Assembly: GCA_965223725.1 (NCBI GenBank)
Contig: CBDCXE010000002.1
Location: 254,546 to 318,545, forward strand
Direction of reading: 5' to 3'
Length of the DNA: 64,000 nucleotides
Source: Nitrospinota bacterium
Lineage (GTDB): Bacteria; Nitrospinota_A; UBA7883
Made by a program: the position numbers and the translations under genes. Under the pieces are notes generated by a model that was not told the origin of the DNA, did no database searches, and saw only the letters and a program-made list of their open reading frames with translations. Shown here piece after piece: positions 19,345 through 30,507 of this stretch. How positions within the stretch are numbered: the stretch's first letter is position 1; the number at the start of each line of letters is the position of its first letter.

Positions 19345-22158
19345 ATGAAAGATCAAATAGTAATCAAAGGCGCCAGCGAGCATAACCTGAAACATCTCGA
19401 CCTGGTGATGCCGCGCAACAAGCTGATAGTCATCACCGGTGTATCCGGCTCCGGCAAATCGTCCCTGGCGTTCGACACCATCTACGCCGAGGGGCAGCGC
19501 CGCTATGTGGAGAGCCTTTCCGCCTACGCCCGGCAGTTTCTGGAACAGATGGAGAAACCGGAGGTGGAGCATATCGAAGGCCTCTCCCCCGCCATCTCTA
19601 TAGAACAGAAAACCACCAGCAAAAACCCACGCTCGACCGTGGGCACAGTGACCGAGATATATGACTATCTGCGCCTGCTGTTCGCCCGGGTGGGCGATGT
19701 CTATTGCTATAACTGCGGACGCGGGATCAGCTCGCAGACGGTGTCGCAGATGGTGGACAGGGTGATGGAGCTGGATGAGGGGACGAAGATACAGGTATTG
19801 TCGCCGATTGTTCGGGACCGGAAGGGTGAGTACAGAAAAGAGCTGGACCAGTTTCGCGCAAAGGGTTTTATACGGGCGCGGATAGATGGGACAATGCGCG
19901 ACCTGGGCGAGGAGATCACGCTCGATAAAAAGAAAAAGCATACCATCGAGCTGGTGATCGACCGGCTGGTCATGAAAAAAGGATTGGAGAAACGCCTGGC
20001 CGACTCGCTGGAGCTTAGCCTATCCATGAGCGATGGCATCGCGCTGGTGAACATCGACTCCGGCGAAGAGTTGCTCTTCTCCGAGCGGTTTGCCTGCGTC
20101 CATTGCGATATCAGCTATCCGGAGATGACACCGCGGATGTTCTCGTTCAACAACCCGCATGGGGCGTGCCACGATTGCGCCGGGCTGGGTGTGCGCAAGA
20201 TTATATCGCCGGAGCTGATAGTACCCAACGATAAATTGAGCCTGGCCGATGGCGCCGTCCACCCATGGAGCAGATCGACGGCGGTTTATTACAAACAGAT
20301 GATCGAATCTGTGTCGAAACATTATAAATTCTCCACCAAAAAACCGTTCAAGTCGCTGGCCAAAAAATGGCGGGAGATTATCCTCTACGGCTCCGGCAAA
20401 GATGAGGTCCGGTTCAACTATGAAAAGGAGAACCGCAAACATTATTTTAAAGGCGCCTATGAGGGCGTCATCCCGAATCTCAATCGCAGATATAAAGAGA
20501 CCGACTCGTTCGCCATCCGCGAGGAGATCGAACGCTATATGCGGCTGGAGCCGTGTGACCGATGCGGCGGCCAGCGGCTGCGGCCGGAGGCTTTGGCGGT
20601 GAAAGTGGGCGACCGGTCCATCACCGAGGTGTCGGCGCTCTCTGTCCGGGGCGCGTTCGATTATTTCACGAAGCTGAAGCTCGATAAAAAACGGAAAATG
20701 ATCGGCCGCAGGATTCTGAAAGAAGTCACCGAGCGGCTGGGGTTCCTGAAGGATGTGGGCCTTGAATATTTGACGCTCGACCGATCGGCGGCTTCGTTAT
20801 CCGGCGGCGAGGGCCAGCGAATCCGGCTGGCCACCCAGATCGGGTCATCGCTGGTGGGTGTTCTGTACATTCTCGACGAGCCATCCATTGGCCTGCATCA
20901 TCGTGATAACCGGCGCCTTATCGACACATTGCAACGGCTGAAAGAGTTGGGCAACACAGTGATCGTGGTGGAGCATGACAGCGACATGATTACCCAGGCG
21001 GACCATGTGATCGACCTGGGCCCCGGCGCTGGAGTGCATGGGGGCCGTGTGATCGCAGAGGGCTCTCCAAAGGAGATTATGGCGAATAAAAAGTCACTCA
21101 CTGGACAATACCTGACCGGGACCAAAAGCATAGCAATCCCGGACAAGCGACGGAACGGCAATGGCAAAAATATAATCATCGAAGGCGCCAGCGAGCATAA
21201 CCTGAAAAATATCGATGTGAAAATACCGTTGGGCGTTTTTACATGCGTCACCGGCGTCTCCGGCTCCGGCAAAAGCACGCTGGTGATTGATGTTTTGTAC
21301 AAATCGCTGGCCAAACACTTCTGGCAAAGCAGAGAGCGGGAGGGGGCTTGCAAAAAGATCAGCGGGCTGGAGCATATCGACAAGGTGATCGATATCGACC
21401 AGAACCCCATCGGCAGGACCCCCCGGTCGAACCCGGCCACCTATACCGGTGTGTTCAACCTGATCCGCGATTTTTATGCCATGCTGCCGGAATCGCGCAA
21501 GCGGGGCTATCGGCCCGGCCGGTTCTCGTTCAACGTCAAGGGCGGGCGGTGCGAAGCGTGTCAGGGCGACGGGATTATCAGGATCGAGATGCATTTTCTG
21601 CCGGACGTTTATGTCGCCTGCGATGTGTGCGGCGGGAGCCGGTTCAATAGGGAGACGCTGGATATCGATTACAAAGGGAAGTCGATCTCCGATGTGCTCG
21701 ATATGACCATCGAGGAGGGATACGAATTTTTCAAGGGCCAGCCGAAAATCGCCCGGATATTGAAAACCCTCAACGACGTGGGGATGGAGTATATCAAGCT
21801 GGGCCAATCCGCCACCACCCTCTCCGGCGGCGAGGCGCAGAGGATAAAGCTGTCGAAGGAGCTTTCGAAACGTTCGACCGGTAAGACATTGTATATACTG
21901 GACGAACCGACCACTGGACTCCATTTTGACGATATCAGCAGGCTGTTGGGTGTGCTGAATATCCTGACCAATAATGGCAATACCTTGATCGTCATAGAGC
22001 ACAATATGGACGTTATTAAAACAGCCGACCATATCATCGACCTTGGCCCGGAGGGGGGCGACGGTGGCGGCGAGGTCGTGGCGCAAGGCTCGCCTGAGCA
22101 GATTATGAAGGCAAAAAGGTCGCACACCGGCAAGATATTGAAATCGATGTTATCCTAG
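19345..22158 (+). CDS. uvrA: Excinuclease ABC subunit A
   Basis: Two ABC modules ([23 protein letters not shown]; [11 protein letters not shown]); zinc-finger cysteines ([28 protein letters not shown]...CDVCGG); 937 aa. Confidence 0.97.
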   Translation: MKDQIVIKGASEHNLKHLDLVMPRNKLIVITGVSGSGKSSLAFDTIYAEGQRRYVESLSAYARQFLEQMEKPEVEHIEGLSPAISIEQKTTSKNPRSTVGTVTEIYDYLRLLFARVGDVYCYNCGRGISSQTVSQMVDRVMELDEGTKIQVLSPIVRDRKGEYRKELDQFRAKGFIRARIDGTMRDLGEEITLDKKKKHTIELVIDRLVMKKGLEKRLADSLELSLSMSDGIALVNIDSGEELLFSERFACVHCDISYPEMTPRMFSFNNPHGACHDCAGLGVRKIISPELIVPNDKLSLADGAVHPWSRSTAVYYKQMIESVSKHYKFSTKKPFKSLAKKWREIILYGSGKDEVRFNYEKENRKHYFKGAYEGVIPNLNRRYKETDSFAIREEIERYMRLEPCDRCGGQRLRPEALAVKVGDRSITEVSALSVRGAFDYFTKLKLDKKRKMIGRRILKEVTERLGFLKDVGLEYLTLDRSAASLSGGEGQRIRLATQIGSSLVGVLYILDEPSIGLHHRDNRRLIDTLQRLKELGNTVIVVEHDSDMITQADHVIDLGPGAGVHGGRVIAEGSPKEIMANKKSLTGQYLTGTKSIAIPDKRRNGNGKNIIIEGASEHNLKNIDVKIPLGVFTCVTGVSGSGKSTLVIDVLYKSLAKHFWQSREREGACKKISGLEHIDKVIDIDQNPIGRTPRSNPATYTGVFNLIRDFYAMLPESRKRGYRPGRFSFNVKGGRCEACQGDGIIRIEMHFLPDVYVACDVCGGSRFNRETLDIDYKGKSISDVLDMTIEEGYEFFKGQPKIARILKTLNDVGMEYIKLGQSATTLSGGEAQRIKLSKELSKRSTGKTLYILDEPTTGLHFDDISRLLGVLNILTNNGNTLIVIEHNMDVIKTADHIIDLGPEGGDGGGEVVAQGSPEQIMKAKRSHTGKILKSMLS

Positions 22159-22210
22159 CGGCGGATTATGATTGATTTTGCAAGCATAAGTTGTTATAAT
22201 ACTTAGGTTT

Positions 22211-23176
22211 ATGAAAAGTATTAAACCTTTTTTCAACAGGCTGGCGTTGCTGGCAGTCATGATTACTATGGCCGCCTGTGGCCAAATGGACAACCGGGCG
22301 GAGAGCTCTATTGGCAGCACTGATAATTCTGTCGCCAGTAAAACAGAAATGTTTGGCGGCTCCATAACGGAAAAGGCCGAACTGTCGGAGGCGGAGCTGG
22401 CGTTGCGCTCTGACCATATGTGCAGCCAGGTTCACCCGCAGTTTGGCGCAGTTATAGAGCAGGTTACCAGCGCATACAATAGTAACGTGGCGATGAAAGC
22501 GGGGGACAATTCCATGCTGGCGCTCTACCCCGCCGGTCATCCGGACGCGCCGCAGTTTGGTGATGATGGAGCGGGTGTGGCGGTGCTGGTCTGTCAGGAC
22601 CCGCGGTTATCCGCTTACTCATATATCAGGACCGTGATACTGCATGAGGGTTTGATCATCGCCCTGAAGGAAGCTTCCGCTGCTGTGACCCTGTACGCCA
22701 ATGACCCGGAAAATATAGACAACGCGCTGGATAAGCTGGCGGCGTTGGCGCAAGTGGGTCGGTTTGGGGAGACAGTCAGCGATGCTGATATGACCAGCCT
22801 GGAGCAGGACGCCGCCCGTTACGCCAAATTTTCCAGAACTTTCGACTCGACCCTGGCATTTGTGATATATCACGAACTGGGCCACTCTTCCATGGGCCAT
22901 GCCATGCAAACAATAACAGGCGCTTCCGGGCTGAACAGGACCGTTGACGCGTCGAACGAGATACAGGCCGACCTGTTCGCAGGCTCCGCCATGACAGCGT
23001 CCGGGTACAGCATCAGCGGCTCCGGCGTGGTTTTTTCCATACTGGAGCGGATCAGCCCCGACGGATCGGTGAACCACCCGGCCTCGCAGGAACGAGAATC
23101 GATGATAGAACGGATGAACCTCCACGGCGCCAAAAAACTGCTGGCGCCTTACGCATATTTCCACCGGGATAGATAA
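22211..23176 (+). CDS. Lipoprotein with HExxH zinc-metallopeptidase-like motif
   Basis: Lipobox (ITMAACG); VIYHELGHSSMGH motif; no closer family recognised. Confidence 0.45.
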   Translation: MKSIKPFFNRLALLAVMITMAACGQMDNRAESSIGSTDNSVASKTEMFGGSITEKAELSEAELALRSDHMCSQVHPQFGAVIEQVTSAYNSNVAMKAGDNSMLALYPAGHPDAPQFGDDGAGVAVLVCQDPRLSAYSYIRTVILHEGLIIALKEASAAVTLYANDPENIDNALDKLAALAQVGRFGETVSDADMTSLEQDAARYAKFSRTFDSTLAFVIYHELGHSSMGHAMQTITGASGLNRTVDASNEIQADLFAGSAMTASGYSISGSGVVFSILERISPDGSVNHPASQERESMIERMNLHGAKKLLAPYAYFHRDR

Positions 23177-23185
23177 GAATAGTGT

Positions 23186-24058
23186 GTGAAAATCCCATCG
23201 GTTGAGTTTCGCTTACAATCATTACCTGCCATCGAAATTGAATTAACGCAGCTTGATTCCATCTACAGAAAGGCGTCCAGGCAGGACTTCGATCTATTTG
23301 CCCCTCATCGTCAAGAGTTTTATAGCGTGATTCATATTACAAAGGGCGCTGGGAAACATTTTATAGACTTTAAGCGTCATCCATACCGGCCAGGCAGCTT
23401 CATATTTGTTAACCGGCATCAGGTCCACGCATTTGATCAGGAGAACCGTCCAGAAGGCCATGTTGTGCTGTATACCCAAAAGTTTATTGATTCAATACGC
23501 ATCAACATGCGGGCGCCCATATTTGCCTCCAGCAACCTGGCGATGTTCGATTCTCCTGTTTTGAATGTTGACAAAGCGCTCAAAAAAAGTTGCGAGGTTT
23601 TATTGCAAGAGCTTCTCAATGTGACCGGTCACCAGAAGTATGATGCGCTCATATCCCAGCTTCTGTTTACCTCCTTGTTGCTGAAGCTCCATCATGAACG
23701 GCCCAACCGGTATGGCAACGAACTAAGCGAAGAGCGGGTTGTAAAATTTTCCCGGTTCCTGGCCCTGGTTGAAAAACACTTTGCAACTGTAAAAGACGCC
23801 AATAAATATGCTGACATGATCGGCATGACATACAAATCGCTTAATCAGCTTTGCAAGCTGGCGGCCAACCAGACGCCAAAACAGCTTATCGACGCGCATA
23901 TCATCCTCGAGGCGAAGCGGAGGCTGGCCATTGAAAATATACAGGTCATGCAGTTGGCCTATCAGTTCGGCTTCGAAGACCCCAGCAATTTTATAAAATA
24001 TTTTAAAAAAGAGACCCGGCTCACACCGCATCAGTTCAAAAAAAGCCTAAAAGGTTAG
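23186..24058 (+). CDS. AraC/XylS-family transcriptional regulator
   Basis: N-terminal cupin-like sensing domain; C-terminal double HTH (KYADMIGMTYKSLNQLCK...QLAYQFGFEDPSNFIKYFKKETRLTPHQF). Confidence 0.8.
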   Translation: MKIPSVEFRLQSLPAIEIELTQLDSIYRKASRQDFDLFAPHRQEFYSVIHITKGAGKHFIDFKRHPYRPGSFIFVNRHQVHAFDQENRPEGHVVLYTQKFIDSIRINMRAPIFASSNLAMFDSPVLNVDKALKKSCEVLLQELLNVTGHQKYDALISQLLFTSLLLKLHHERPNRYGNELSEERVVKFSRFLALVEKHFATVKDANKYADMIGMTYKSLNQLCKLAANQTPKQLIDAHIILEAKRRLAIENIQVMQLAYQFGFEDPSNFIKYFKKETRLTPHQFKKSLKG

Positions 24059-24149
24059 TTATCTACCATTTTTGGGCAGTGATTGATCTGCTCTTCTTTC
24101 TTTCCGGCTGCTACTCTGGATGCAACTTATACAAGAAAGGATATTACTG

Positions 24150-25019
24150 ATGAAAAAATTAATTTATTCAGCATTGATCCTGGCTGTCTCGTTTGCCACA
24201 GCCTATGCCACCAACCCAGCGACACAGGAGAATAAAATGAGCATTTCTAACAAAGAAAAAGCCATAGCCCTTTTAAACAGCATCGAAACCGGCGCCCAGG
24301 AGCCTGCCGGTTATATCAATCCACAGAGTTATACACAGCACAATTTGTCTGCTGCTGATGGACTCGCCGGGTTTGGCGCCTTACTGGAAGCATTGCCCGA
24401 AAATAGCGCCAAAGTAAATATTATACGCGCTTTTCAGGATGGTGATTTTGTGTTTACACACACAGATTACAACTTCTTCGGCCCCAAGGTTGGGTTCGAC
24501 CTGTTCAGGTTTGAAGGTGGATTAATAGTAGAACATTGGGATAACCTTGCTGAAAAATCAGACCAGCCAAATCCTTCAGGTCACACCCAGCTAGATGGCC
24601 CGACAGAAGCAACTGACATCGAAAAGACCGAACAGAACAAAAAACTTGTTGCCGATTTTGTGGAAACGATCCTGGTGGAAGGTCAGATGGACAAGCTAGG
24701 TCAATACTTCGATGGCGACAACTATATACAGCATAACACCGCCATTGGCGACGGATTGTCCGGGCTCGGCCAGGCTTTGGAGGCAATGGCTGAACAAGGA
24801 ATTCAAATGGTCTATACCAAAATCCATAAAGTGCTGGGTGAAGGAAATTTTGTTTTAGTAATAAGTGAAGGTACATTTGCAGACAATCCAACGTCATATT
24901 ATGACCTTTTTCGCGTAGCTGATAGAAAAATAGCAGAACATTGGGACGTTATGGAAACAATTGCCCCAAAGGACCAGTGGAAAAATAGCAATGGCAAATT
25001 TGGCAATCTAAAGTATTGA
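24150..25019 (+). CDS. Secreted protein with tandem SnoaL-like/NTF2-like domains
   Basis: Signal peptide (MKKLIYSALILAVSFATAYA); two homologous halves each containing the xEHWD motif (LIVEHWDNL; IAEHWDVM). ATG 24150 is preferred over 24120 (AAAGGA 8 nt upstream). Confidence 0.55.
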   Translation: MKKLIYSALILAVSFATAYATNPATQENKMSISNKEKAIALLNSIETGAQEPAGYINPQSYTQHNLSAADGLAGFGALLEALPENSAKVNIIRAFQDGDFVFTHTDYNFFGPKVGFDLFRFEGGLIVEHWDNLAEKSDQPNPSGHTQLDGPTEATDIEKTEQNKKLVADFVETILVEGQMDKLGQYFDGDNYIQHNTAIGDGLSGLGQALEAMAEQGIQMVYTKIHKVLGEGNFVLVISEGTFADNPTSYYDLFRVADRKIAEHWDVMETIAPKDQWKNSNGKFGNLKY

Positions 25020-25225
25020 TAAATTGCTTGCTATCGCCTGCCCATGGGGCGTGTCAACACACCACTTTTCACCGGGCAGTCTCAAAACCAGCGTCAGCTA
25101 TTTTAGACTGCCCAAAATACTGTTTTCCCTGCAGCAGTTTTTTTGACTGAATATGTTGAATTATGTTATAAATTTAGTTTCGCGAATTTTTATTAAAGGG
25201 TGCGGGAGCTTAAAAAGACAAAAAC

Positions 25226-26395
25226 ATGAAGATACACGAATACCAAGCTAAAGAAATACTGAAATCATTCGGTGTGCCGGTTCCCAGGGGACAGGTCGCC
25301 CAGGAAGATGTCCATGCTGTTAAAACCGCTGTCGATGAACTGGGGCTGCCCATTGTGGTGAAGGCCCAGATCCACGCTGGCGGCAGGGGCAAAGGCGGCG
25401 GCGTGAAAGTCGTCAAAACATTGGAAGAAGCGGAAGCGGCTTTTAAATCGATCCTCGGGATGAATCTGGTGACGCACCAGACCGGCCCGGAAGGGATGGA
25501 GGTCAAGACCGTTCTGCTGGAAGAAGGGATGGACATCGCCAAAGAGTTATACATGGGCGTGGTCCTGGATAGAGAGAAATCGAGCGTGGCCGTGATGGTC
25601 TCGGAAGAAGGCGGGATGGAGATCGAAGAGATCGCCGCGAAGTCGCCGGAAAAGATCATGACGGAATGGATCGACCCTGTGATGGGCATCATGCCGTCCC
25701 AGGCTCGCAAGCTTGCGTTTTTCCTCAATCTCCCACCGGAGGCAATGAAGGAGGCGACCAAGTTTATCGTTAATCTGGTGAACGCTTTCCAGTCGAAGGA
25801 CTGCTCCATGGCGGAGATCAATCCGCTGGTGCTCACCGGCGATAACAAGATGCTGGCGCTCGATTGCAAGATGGATTTTGACGATAACGCTCTGTTTCGG
25901 CAGAAGGACGTGGTGGAATGCCGCGACCTGAACGAAGAGGATGAGCTGGAGATCGAGGCGAGCAAGTATGACCTGAACTATATCAAGCTCGACGGTAATA
26001 TCGGATGCATGGTCAACGGCGCAGGGCTGGCCATGGCGACCATGGATATCATTAAGCTGTCTGGCGGCGAACCGGCCAACTTTCTGGATGTCGGCGGCGG
26101 AGCTTCGGAAGAGCAGATCGAAAACGCATTTCGCATCATCCTGGCCGATGACGCCGTGAAAGGCATTTTCATCAACATATTTGGTGGTATCTTGCGTTGC
26201 GACCGGCTGGCCAACGGTGTTGTTAACGCGGCGAAAAAGATCAATGTGACTGCCCCGGTTGTCATCCGTATGGAGGGCACAAACGTCGAAGAGGGCAAGC
26301 AGATATTAAAGGATAGTGGATTCAATTTTATCGTTGCTGATGATATGCGCGATGGAGCGGAGAAAATAGTCGAAGCTGTCAAGGCGTCGGGTTAA
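25226..26395 (+). CDS. sucC: Succinyl-CoA synthetase beta subunit (ADP-forming)
   Basis: [25 protein letters not shown]-grasp N-terminus; [10 protein letters not shown]; full-length 389 aa. Confidence 0.95.
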   Translation: MKIHEYQAKEILKSFGVPVPRGQVAQEDVHAVKTAVDELGLPIVVKAQIHAGGRGKGGGVKVVKTLEEAEAAFKSILGMNLVTHQTGPEGMEVKTVLLEEGMDIAKELYMGVVLDREKSSVAVMVSEEGGMEIEEIAAKSPEKIMTEWIDPVMGIMPSQARKLAFFLNLPPEAMKEATKFIVNLVNAFQSKDCSMAEINPLVLTGDNKMLALDCKMDFDDNALFRQKDVVECRDLNEEDELEIEASKYDLNYIKLDGNIGCMVNGAGLAMATMDIIKLSGGEPANFLDVGGGASEEQIENAFRIILADDAVKGIFINIFGGILRCDRLANGVVNAAKKINVTAPVVIRMEGTNVEEGKQILKDSGFNFIVADDMRDGAEKIVEAVKASG

Positions 26396-26409
26396 GGGAA
26401 TATATAGAT

Positions 26410-27282
26410 ATGAGTGTACTTGTTGATAACGATACGAAACTTATAGTCCAGGGCATCACCGGCAAGGAAGGCTCCTTCCACGCCTTGGGCTGCGCTGAAT
26501 ATGGAACCAATGTGGTGGGCGGCGTCACCCCTGGCAAAGAGGGCCAGGAGGTGGAAGGCATCCCGGTGTTCAACACCGTGGCCAACGCCCGGGCGGCCAC
26601 CGGCGCCAACGCCACAATGATATTCGTCCCGCCCCCCTTTGCGGCGGACGCAGTATTCGAGGCCTCCAGCGCCGGGATAGAGCTGATAATCTGCATCACA
26701 GAGGGCATCCCGGTCTATGACATGGTGAAGATAAAGAAATATATGAAGGCCCATAACCGGGGCCGGCTGATCGGCCCGAACTGCCCTGGGGTCATCACAC
26801 CGGGCCAGGCGAAGATCGGCATCATGCCGGGTCATATCCATACTCCGGGCCCTGTGGGGATTGTCTCCCGGTCTGGCACCTTGACATATGAAGTGGTGGG
26901 GCAATTGACATCGCTGGGCATCGGCCAATCCACATGCGTGGGGATCGGCGGCGACCCTGTGAACGGCACCAACTTTATAGATGTGCTGACAATGTTCGAA
27001 GAGGACGATCAGACAGAGGCGATCTGCATGATCGGGGAGATAGGTGGAAGCGCCGAAGAGGACGCGTCCGCTTTTATACAAGAGAATGTGAAGAAACCGG
27101 TGGTCGGCTTTATTGCGGGCCAGACCGCGCCTCCGGGCCGACGGATGGGCCATGCGGGCGCGATAATCTCTGGTGGGCAAGGGACTGCCGAGGAGAAGAT
27201 GAAGACAATGGCCGAGTGTGGTGTTACGGTCTGCCAATCTCCGGCGGATCTGGGTGATACGATAAAAAGCGTTATGAATTAA
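26410..27282 (+). CDS. sucD: Succinyl-CoA synthetase alpha subunit
   Basis: CoA-binding Rossmann ([12 protein letters not shown]); catalytic His region SRSGTLTYE...GHAGAII. Confidence 0.95.
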   Translation: MSVLVDNDTKLIVQGITGKEGSFHALGCAEYGTNVVGGVTPGKEGQEVEGIPVFNTVANARAATGANATMIFVPPPFAADAVFEASSAGIELIICITEGIPVYDMVKIKKYMKAHNRGRLIGPNCPGVITPGQAKIGIMPGHIHTPGPVGIVSRSGTLTYEVVGQLTSLGIGQSTCVGIGGDPVNGTNFIDVLTMFEEDDQTEAICMIGEIGGSAEEDASAFIQENVKKPVVGFIAGQTAPPGRRMGHAGAIISGGQGTAEEKMKTMAECGVTVCQSPADLGDTIKSVMN

Positions 27283-27350
27283 GGGGCTACAGGACGTATC
27301 TGCCCGGGGGATAGCGTTTATGCAAGCGTTAATTATCATTAATCGGTTTT

Positions 27351-29120
27351 ATGCCGGAAACCAATTTGAAAGGTATTGAAAAGGTGGCAAAAGCAAACGA
27401 TTTAATAATACGTATAGGTGGAGAAGGTGGCGAAGGTGTTATCTCTTCCGGAGACATGATCGCGCAGGCGGCTGTCCGCTCCGGGTTGGAGATTTTGACT
27501 TTTAAAACATTTCCTGCTGAAATCAGGGGCGGATACGCCATGTATCAGACCCGTTTTTCACATGATAAAATATTGTCTGAAGGCAGCGGATTCGATGTCT
27601 GTTGTGTGTTCAACCAGGAGGCTCTGGACGCTAATAAAAAAGCGTTGATAGAAGGCACAGTGCTGATGTATGACTATCCAGGCGGCGATATCAAGGAAGA
27701 GCAAAGCTTCCCGGGCGTCACCTGTTATCCAGTGCCGATGAGCAAGATAGCAAAAGAGGACCTGGGCACCTACCGCTCCAAAAACATGGTCGCCCTGGGC
27801 GCCATTTCGGAGCTGTTTTCCATCTCCATGGATTCGTTGCGCGACACGGTCAAAAGCAAGTTTGGCAAAAAGGGCGACGAAGTTGTGGAAGTCAACTACA
27901 AGGCGCTGGACGCTGGCGCCAAACATGTGAAGGATAACCTGACCAAATCAGACCCATACAGCATGGACCCTGGCAAAGCGAAAGATGATGTCATCATCAT
28001 AGCCGGCAACGACGCCATCGGCCTGGGCGCCATGATGGCTGGTGTCGAGTTTTTCAGCTGCTACCCGATCACCCCTGCCACCGAGGTGGCGATATTCCTT
28101 TCCAAGCATCTGCCGAAGGCGAACGGCAACCTGGTGCAGGCGGAGGACGAGATCGCTTCACTGGCCAACGTTATCGGCGCCTCCTACGCAGGGGCAAAAT
28201 CGATGACCGCCACCAGCGGACCGGGGCTGGCGTTGATGCAGGAGCTTATCGGCATGGCCACCATGATGGAAGTGCCGGTGGTGATTGCTGATGTACAGCG
28301 GGGCGGCCCATCCACAGGCTTGCCGACCAAACATGAACAGTCCGACCTGTTCCTGGCGGCCCACGGCCTGCACGGGGACGGATCGAAGGTTGTCATCTCC
28401 CCTGAAGGTGTGGAAGATTGCGTCTATTTGACTGTGGAAGCGTTCAATATAGCGGAAAAATATCAGATTCCTGTGTTGATCCTTTCCGACGGTTCACTAG
28501 GGTTCAGGACAACATCGATCAAACGGCCCGACCCGTCCAAAGTCAGGGTGATCAACCGGGATAAGTATGATCCGGACAGCAACGGGGACAAAGAGTTTTT
28601 GCGGTACAAGATCACAGAATCTGGCGTATCGACCATGTCCACACCGGGTCAGGCGGGTGGTTCCTACATCTCCACTGGTCTGGAGCATGCGGAGTCTTCG
28701 GCGCCCAGGTATACACCGGAGAATCATACAGCCATGCTGGATAAACGATTTAGCAAACTGGACGACCTGGAAGATTTCTTCCCGGAAACCGAAGCCGACC
28801 TGCAGGATGGCGCAGAGCTGGGCGTTATCGCCTGGGGCTCCACCATCGGCACAGCGCGCGAAGCGATAAAGCTCGCGCGGGAGGAGGGCGTGAAGGTGTC
28901 GGGCCTGTTCCCGAAACTTGTATGGCCGCTACCGAAAAAGGCGCTGGCCAAATTTGCCGAAAAACATAGCAAGATCATGATCCCTGAAATCAACAAACAG
29001 GGTCAGCTGGCGAAGATAATTGCATCTGAAACAGATATCAAACCTATCAGCGAGACAATATATGGCGGTCTGCCATATACACCGAAGCTGGTGGCGGAAA
29101 AAATAAAGGAGGCGGTATAA
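27351..29120 (+). CDS. korA: 2-oxoglutarate/2-oxoacid:ferredoxin oxidoreductase alpha subunit (fused alpha/gamma, two-subunit KorAB type)
   Basis: 589 aa; pyruvate-flavodoxin/ferredoxin oxidoreductase domain blocks; immediately followed by the TPP-binding beta subunit and preceded by sucCD. Confidence 0.8.
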   Translation: MPETNLKGIEKVAKANDLIIRIGGEGGEGVISSGDMIAQAAVRSGLEILTFKTFPAEIRGGYAMYQTRFSHDKILSEGSGFDVCCVFNQEALDANKKALIEGTVLMYDYPGGDIKEEQSFPGVTCYPVPMSKIAKEDLGTYRSKNMVALGAISELFSISMDSLRDTVKSKFGKKGDEVVEVNYKALDAGAKHVKDNLTKSDPYSMDPGKAKDDVIIIAGNDAIGLGAMMAGVEFFSCYPITPATEVAIFLSKHLPKANGNLVQAEDEIASLANVIGASYAGAKSMTATSGPGLALMQELIGMATMMEVPVVIADVQRGGPSTGLPTKHEQSDLFLAAHGLHGDGSKVVISPEGVEDCVYLTVEAFNIAEKYQIPVLILSDGSLGFRTTSIKRPDPSKVRVINRDKYDPDSNGDKEFLRYKITESGVSTMSTPGQAGGSYISTGLEHAESSAPRYTPENHTAMLDKRFSKLDDLEDFFPETEADLQDGAELGVIAWGSTIGTAREAIKLAREEGVKVSGLFPKLVWPLPKKALAKFAEKHSKIMIPEINKQGQLAKIIASETDIKPISETIYGGLPYTPKLVAEKIKEAV

Positions 29121-29999
29121 ATGGCAACTGCAACTAAAGACGCTCCAATGAAAGCGAAAGATTACAAAAGCGTCGTGCCACCCACCTGGTGCGCCGGGTG
29201 TGGTGATTATGGTGTTTTGAACGCTGTATTGAAAGTGTTCGCCGAGCGGCAGGTCGATATCAACAACACCGCTCTGGTTTCCGGTATCGGATGTTCATCC
29301 CGGTTTCCTTATTTTTTGAAAACTTACGGTATGCACACCGCCCACGGCAGGGCGCTGCCTGTGGCGGCGGGCGTGAAAATGGCCAACCCGGACCTGGAAG
29401 TGATCGTGTTCGGCGGCGACGGCGACGGGTTCTCCATCGGCGGCGGCCATGTGCCGCATGTTGTTCGGAAAAACACCGACCTGACTTATATCCTTATGGA
29501 CAACTCGATATACGGCCTGACCAAAGGCCAGGTATCGCCCACCAGCGCCGTCGGCATGGTCACGACCACCACCCCGTACGGCGCGCCGGATATGCCGGTC
29601 AACCCGCTGTTGTATACTCTGGCCTATGGCGCAACGTTTGTCGCCCAGGGCTACAGCTCCAAGGGCAAGCAGGTGCAGGAGCTGGTCTCGAAGGCCCTCG
29701 ACCATAAAGGGTTCTCGTTTATCAACATCATCAGCCCGTGCCCTACGTTTAACAAGATTAATACGTTCGACACGTACAAGGAGCTGGTCGAGGAAATCCC
29801 GGAGGATCATGACACTTCGGATATAAACAAAGCCATTTCAATCGCGGTCGCCGCGAAACAGGGTGGCAAGGTGCCGGTCGGGTTGTTGTATCAGACCCAG
29901 TCTCCGACGCTGGTCGATCGTTTGACTGATATTCGTGAGAAAGCCAACGGAACTAGTGATTTTGATGTCAACAAGGTCATAGATCTGTATAAGGCATAA
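29121..29999 (+). CDS. korB: 2-oxoacid:ferredoxin oxidoreductase beta subunit (TPP-binding)
   Basis: WCAGCGDYGVLNAV and GIGCSSRFPYF, TPP-binding GDGDGFSIGGGH; ATG directly follows the korA TAA. Confidence 0.85.
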   Translation: MATATKDAPMKAKDYKSVVPPTWCAGCGDYGVLNAVLKVFAERQVDINNTALVSGIGCSSRFPYFLKTYGMHTAHGRALPVAAGVKMANPDLEVIVFGGDGDGFSIGGGHVPHVVRKNTDLTYILMDNSIYGLTKGQVSPTSAVGMVTTTTPYGAPDMPVNPLLYTLAYGATFVAQGYSSKGKQVQELVSKALDHKGFSFINIISPCPTFNKINTFDTYKELVEEIPEDHDTSDINKAISIAVAAKQGGKVPVGLLYQTQSPTLVDRLTDIREKANGTSDFDVNKVIDLYKA

Positions 30000-30025
30000 T
30001 AGACCATTTAATTGATCAAACATTT

Positions 30026-30070
30026 GCGCCGGGAGTGTGCTGAATAGCTCCCGGCGTTTTTTTATTTTTT
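30026..30070 (+). terminator. Rho-independent terminator after korB
   Basis: GC stem gcgccgggag...ctcccggcg followed by T-run tttttttatttttt. Confidence 0.6.
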
Positions 30071-30089
30071 AAGGAAAGTGAGTAGTAAC

Positions 30090-30503
30090 ATGTCACAAAC
30101 ATTCGCCATCATTAAACCAGACGCAGTGGAGCGTGGGCTGACCGGCAAGATCATCAGCAGAATCGAATCGGAAAACCTGAAAGTTGTGGCCCTGAAGCGT
30201 ATACAAATGTCCAGGGCGGTCGCGGAAGGGTTCTATGCGGAACATAACGAGCGGCCCTTTTTTCAATCATTGACTGATTATATGTGCTCTGGGCCATGTT
30301 GTGTGTTGGTGTTGCAAGGGGATGACGCACAGCCGCGATGGCGCGAGATTATGGGCGCCACCAACCCGGCCGACGCAGCAGAGGGCACCATCCGCAAGGA
30401 GATGGCGGTTGATCTGGAGAAAAACTCGGTCCACGGCTCCGATTCCGAAGCCTCCGCCAGCAGGGAGATCGGCTATTTCTTCGCAGAGACGGAGATCAAT
30501 TAA
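30090..30503 (+). CDS. ndk: Nucleoside diphosphate kinase
   Basis: [26 protein letters not shown]; active-site NSVHGSDS; SD AAGGAAAG 11 nt upstream of ATG 30090 (ORF-track start 30078 is a GTG extension). Confidence 0.95.
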   Translation: MSQTFAIIKPDAVERGLTGKIISRIESENLKVVALKRIQMSRAVAEGFYAEHNERPFFQSLTDYMCSGPCCVLVLQGDDAQPRWREIMGATNPADAAEGTIRKEMAVDLEKNSVHGSDSEASASREIGYFFAETEIN

Positions 30504-30507
30504 CCTG

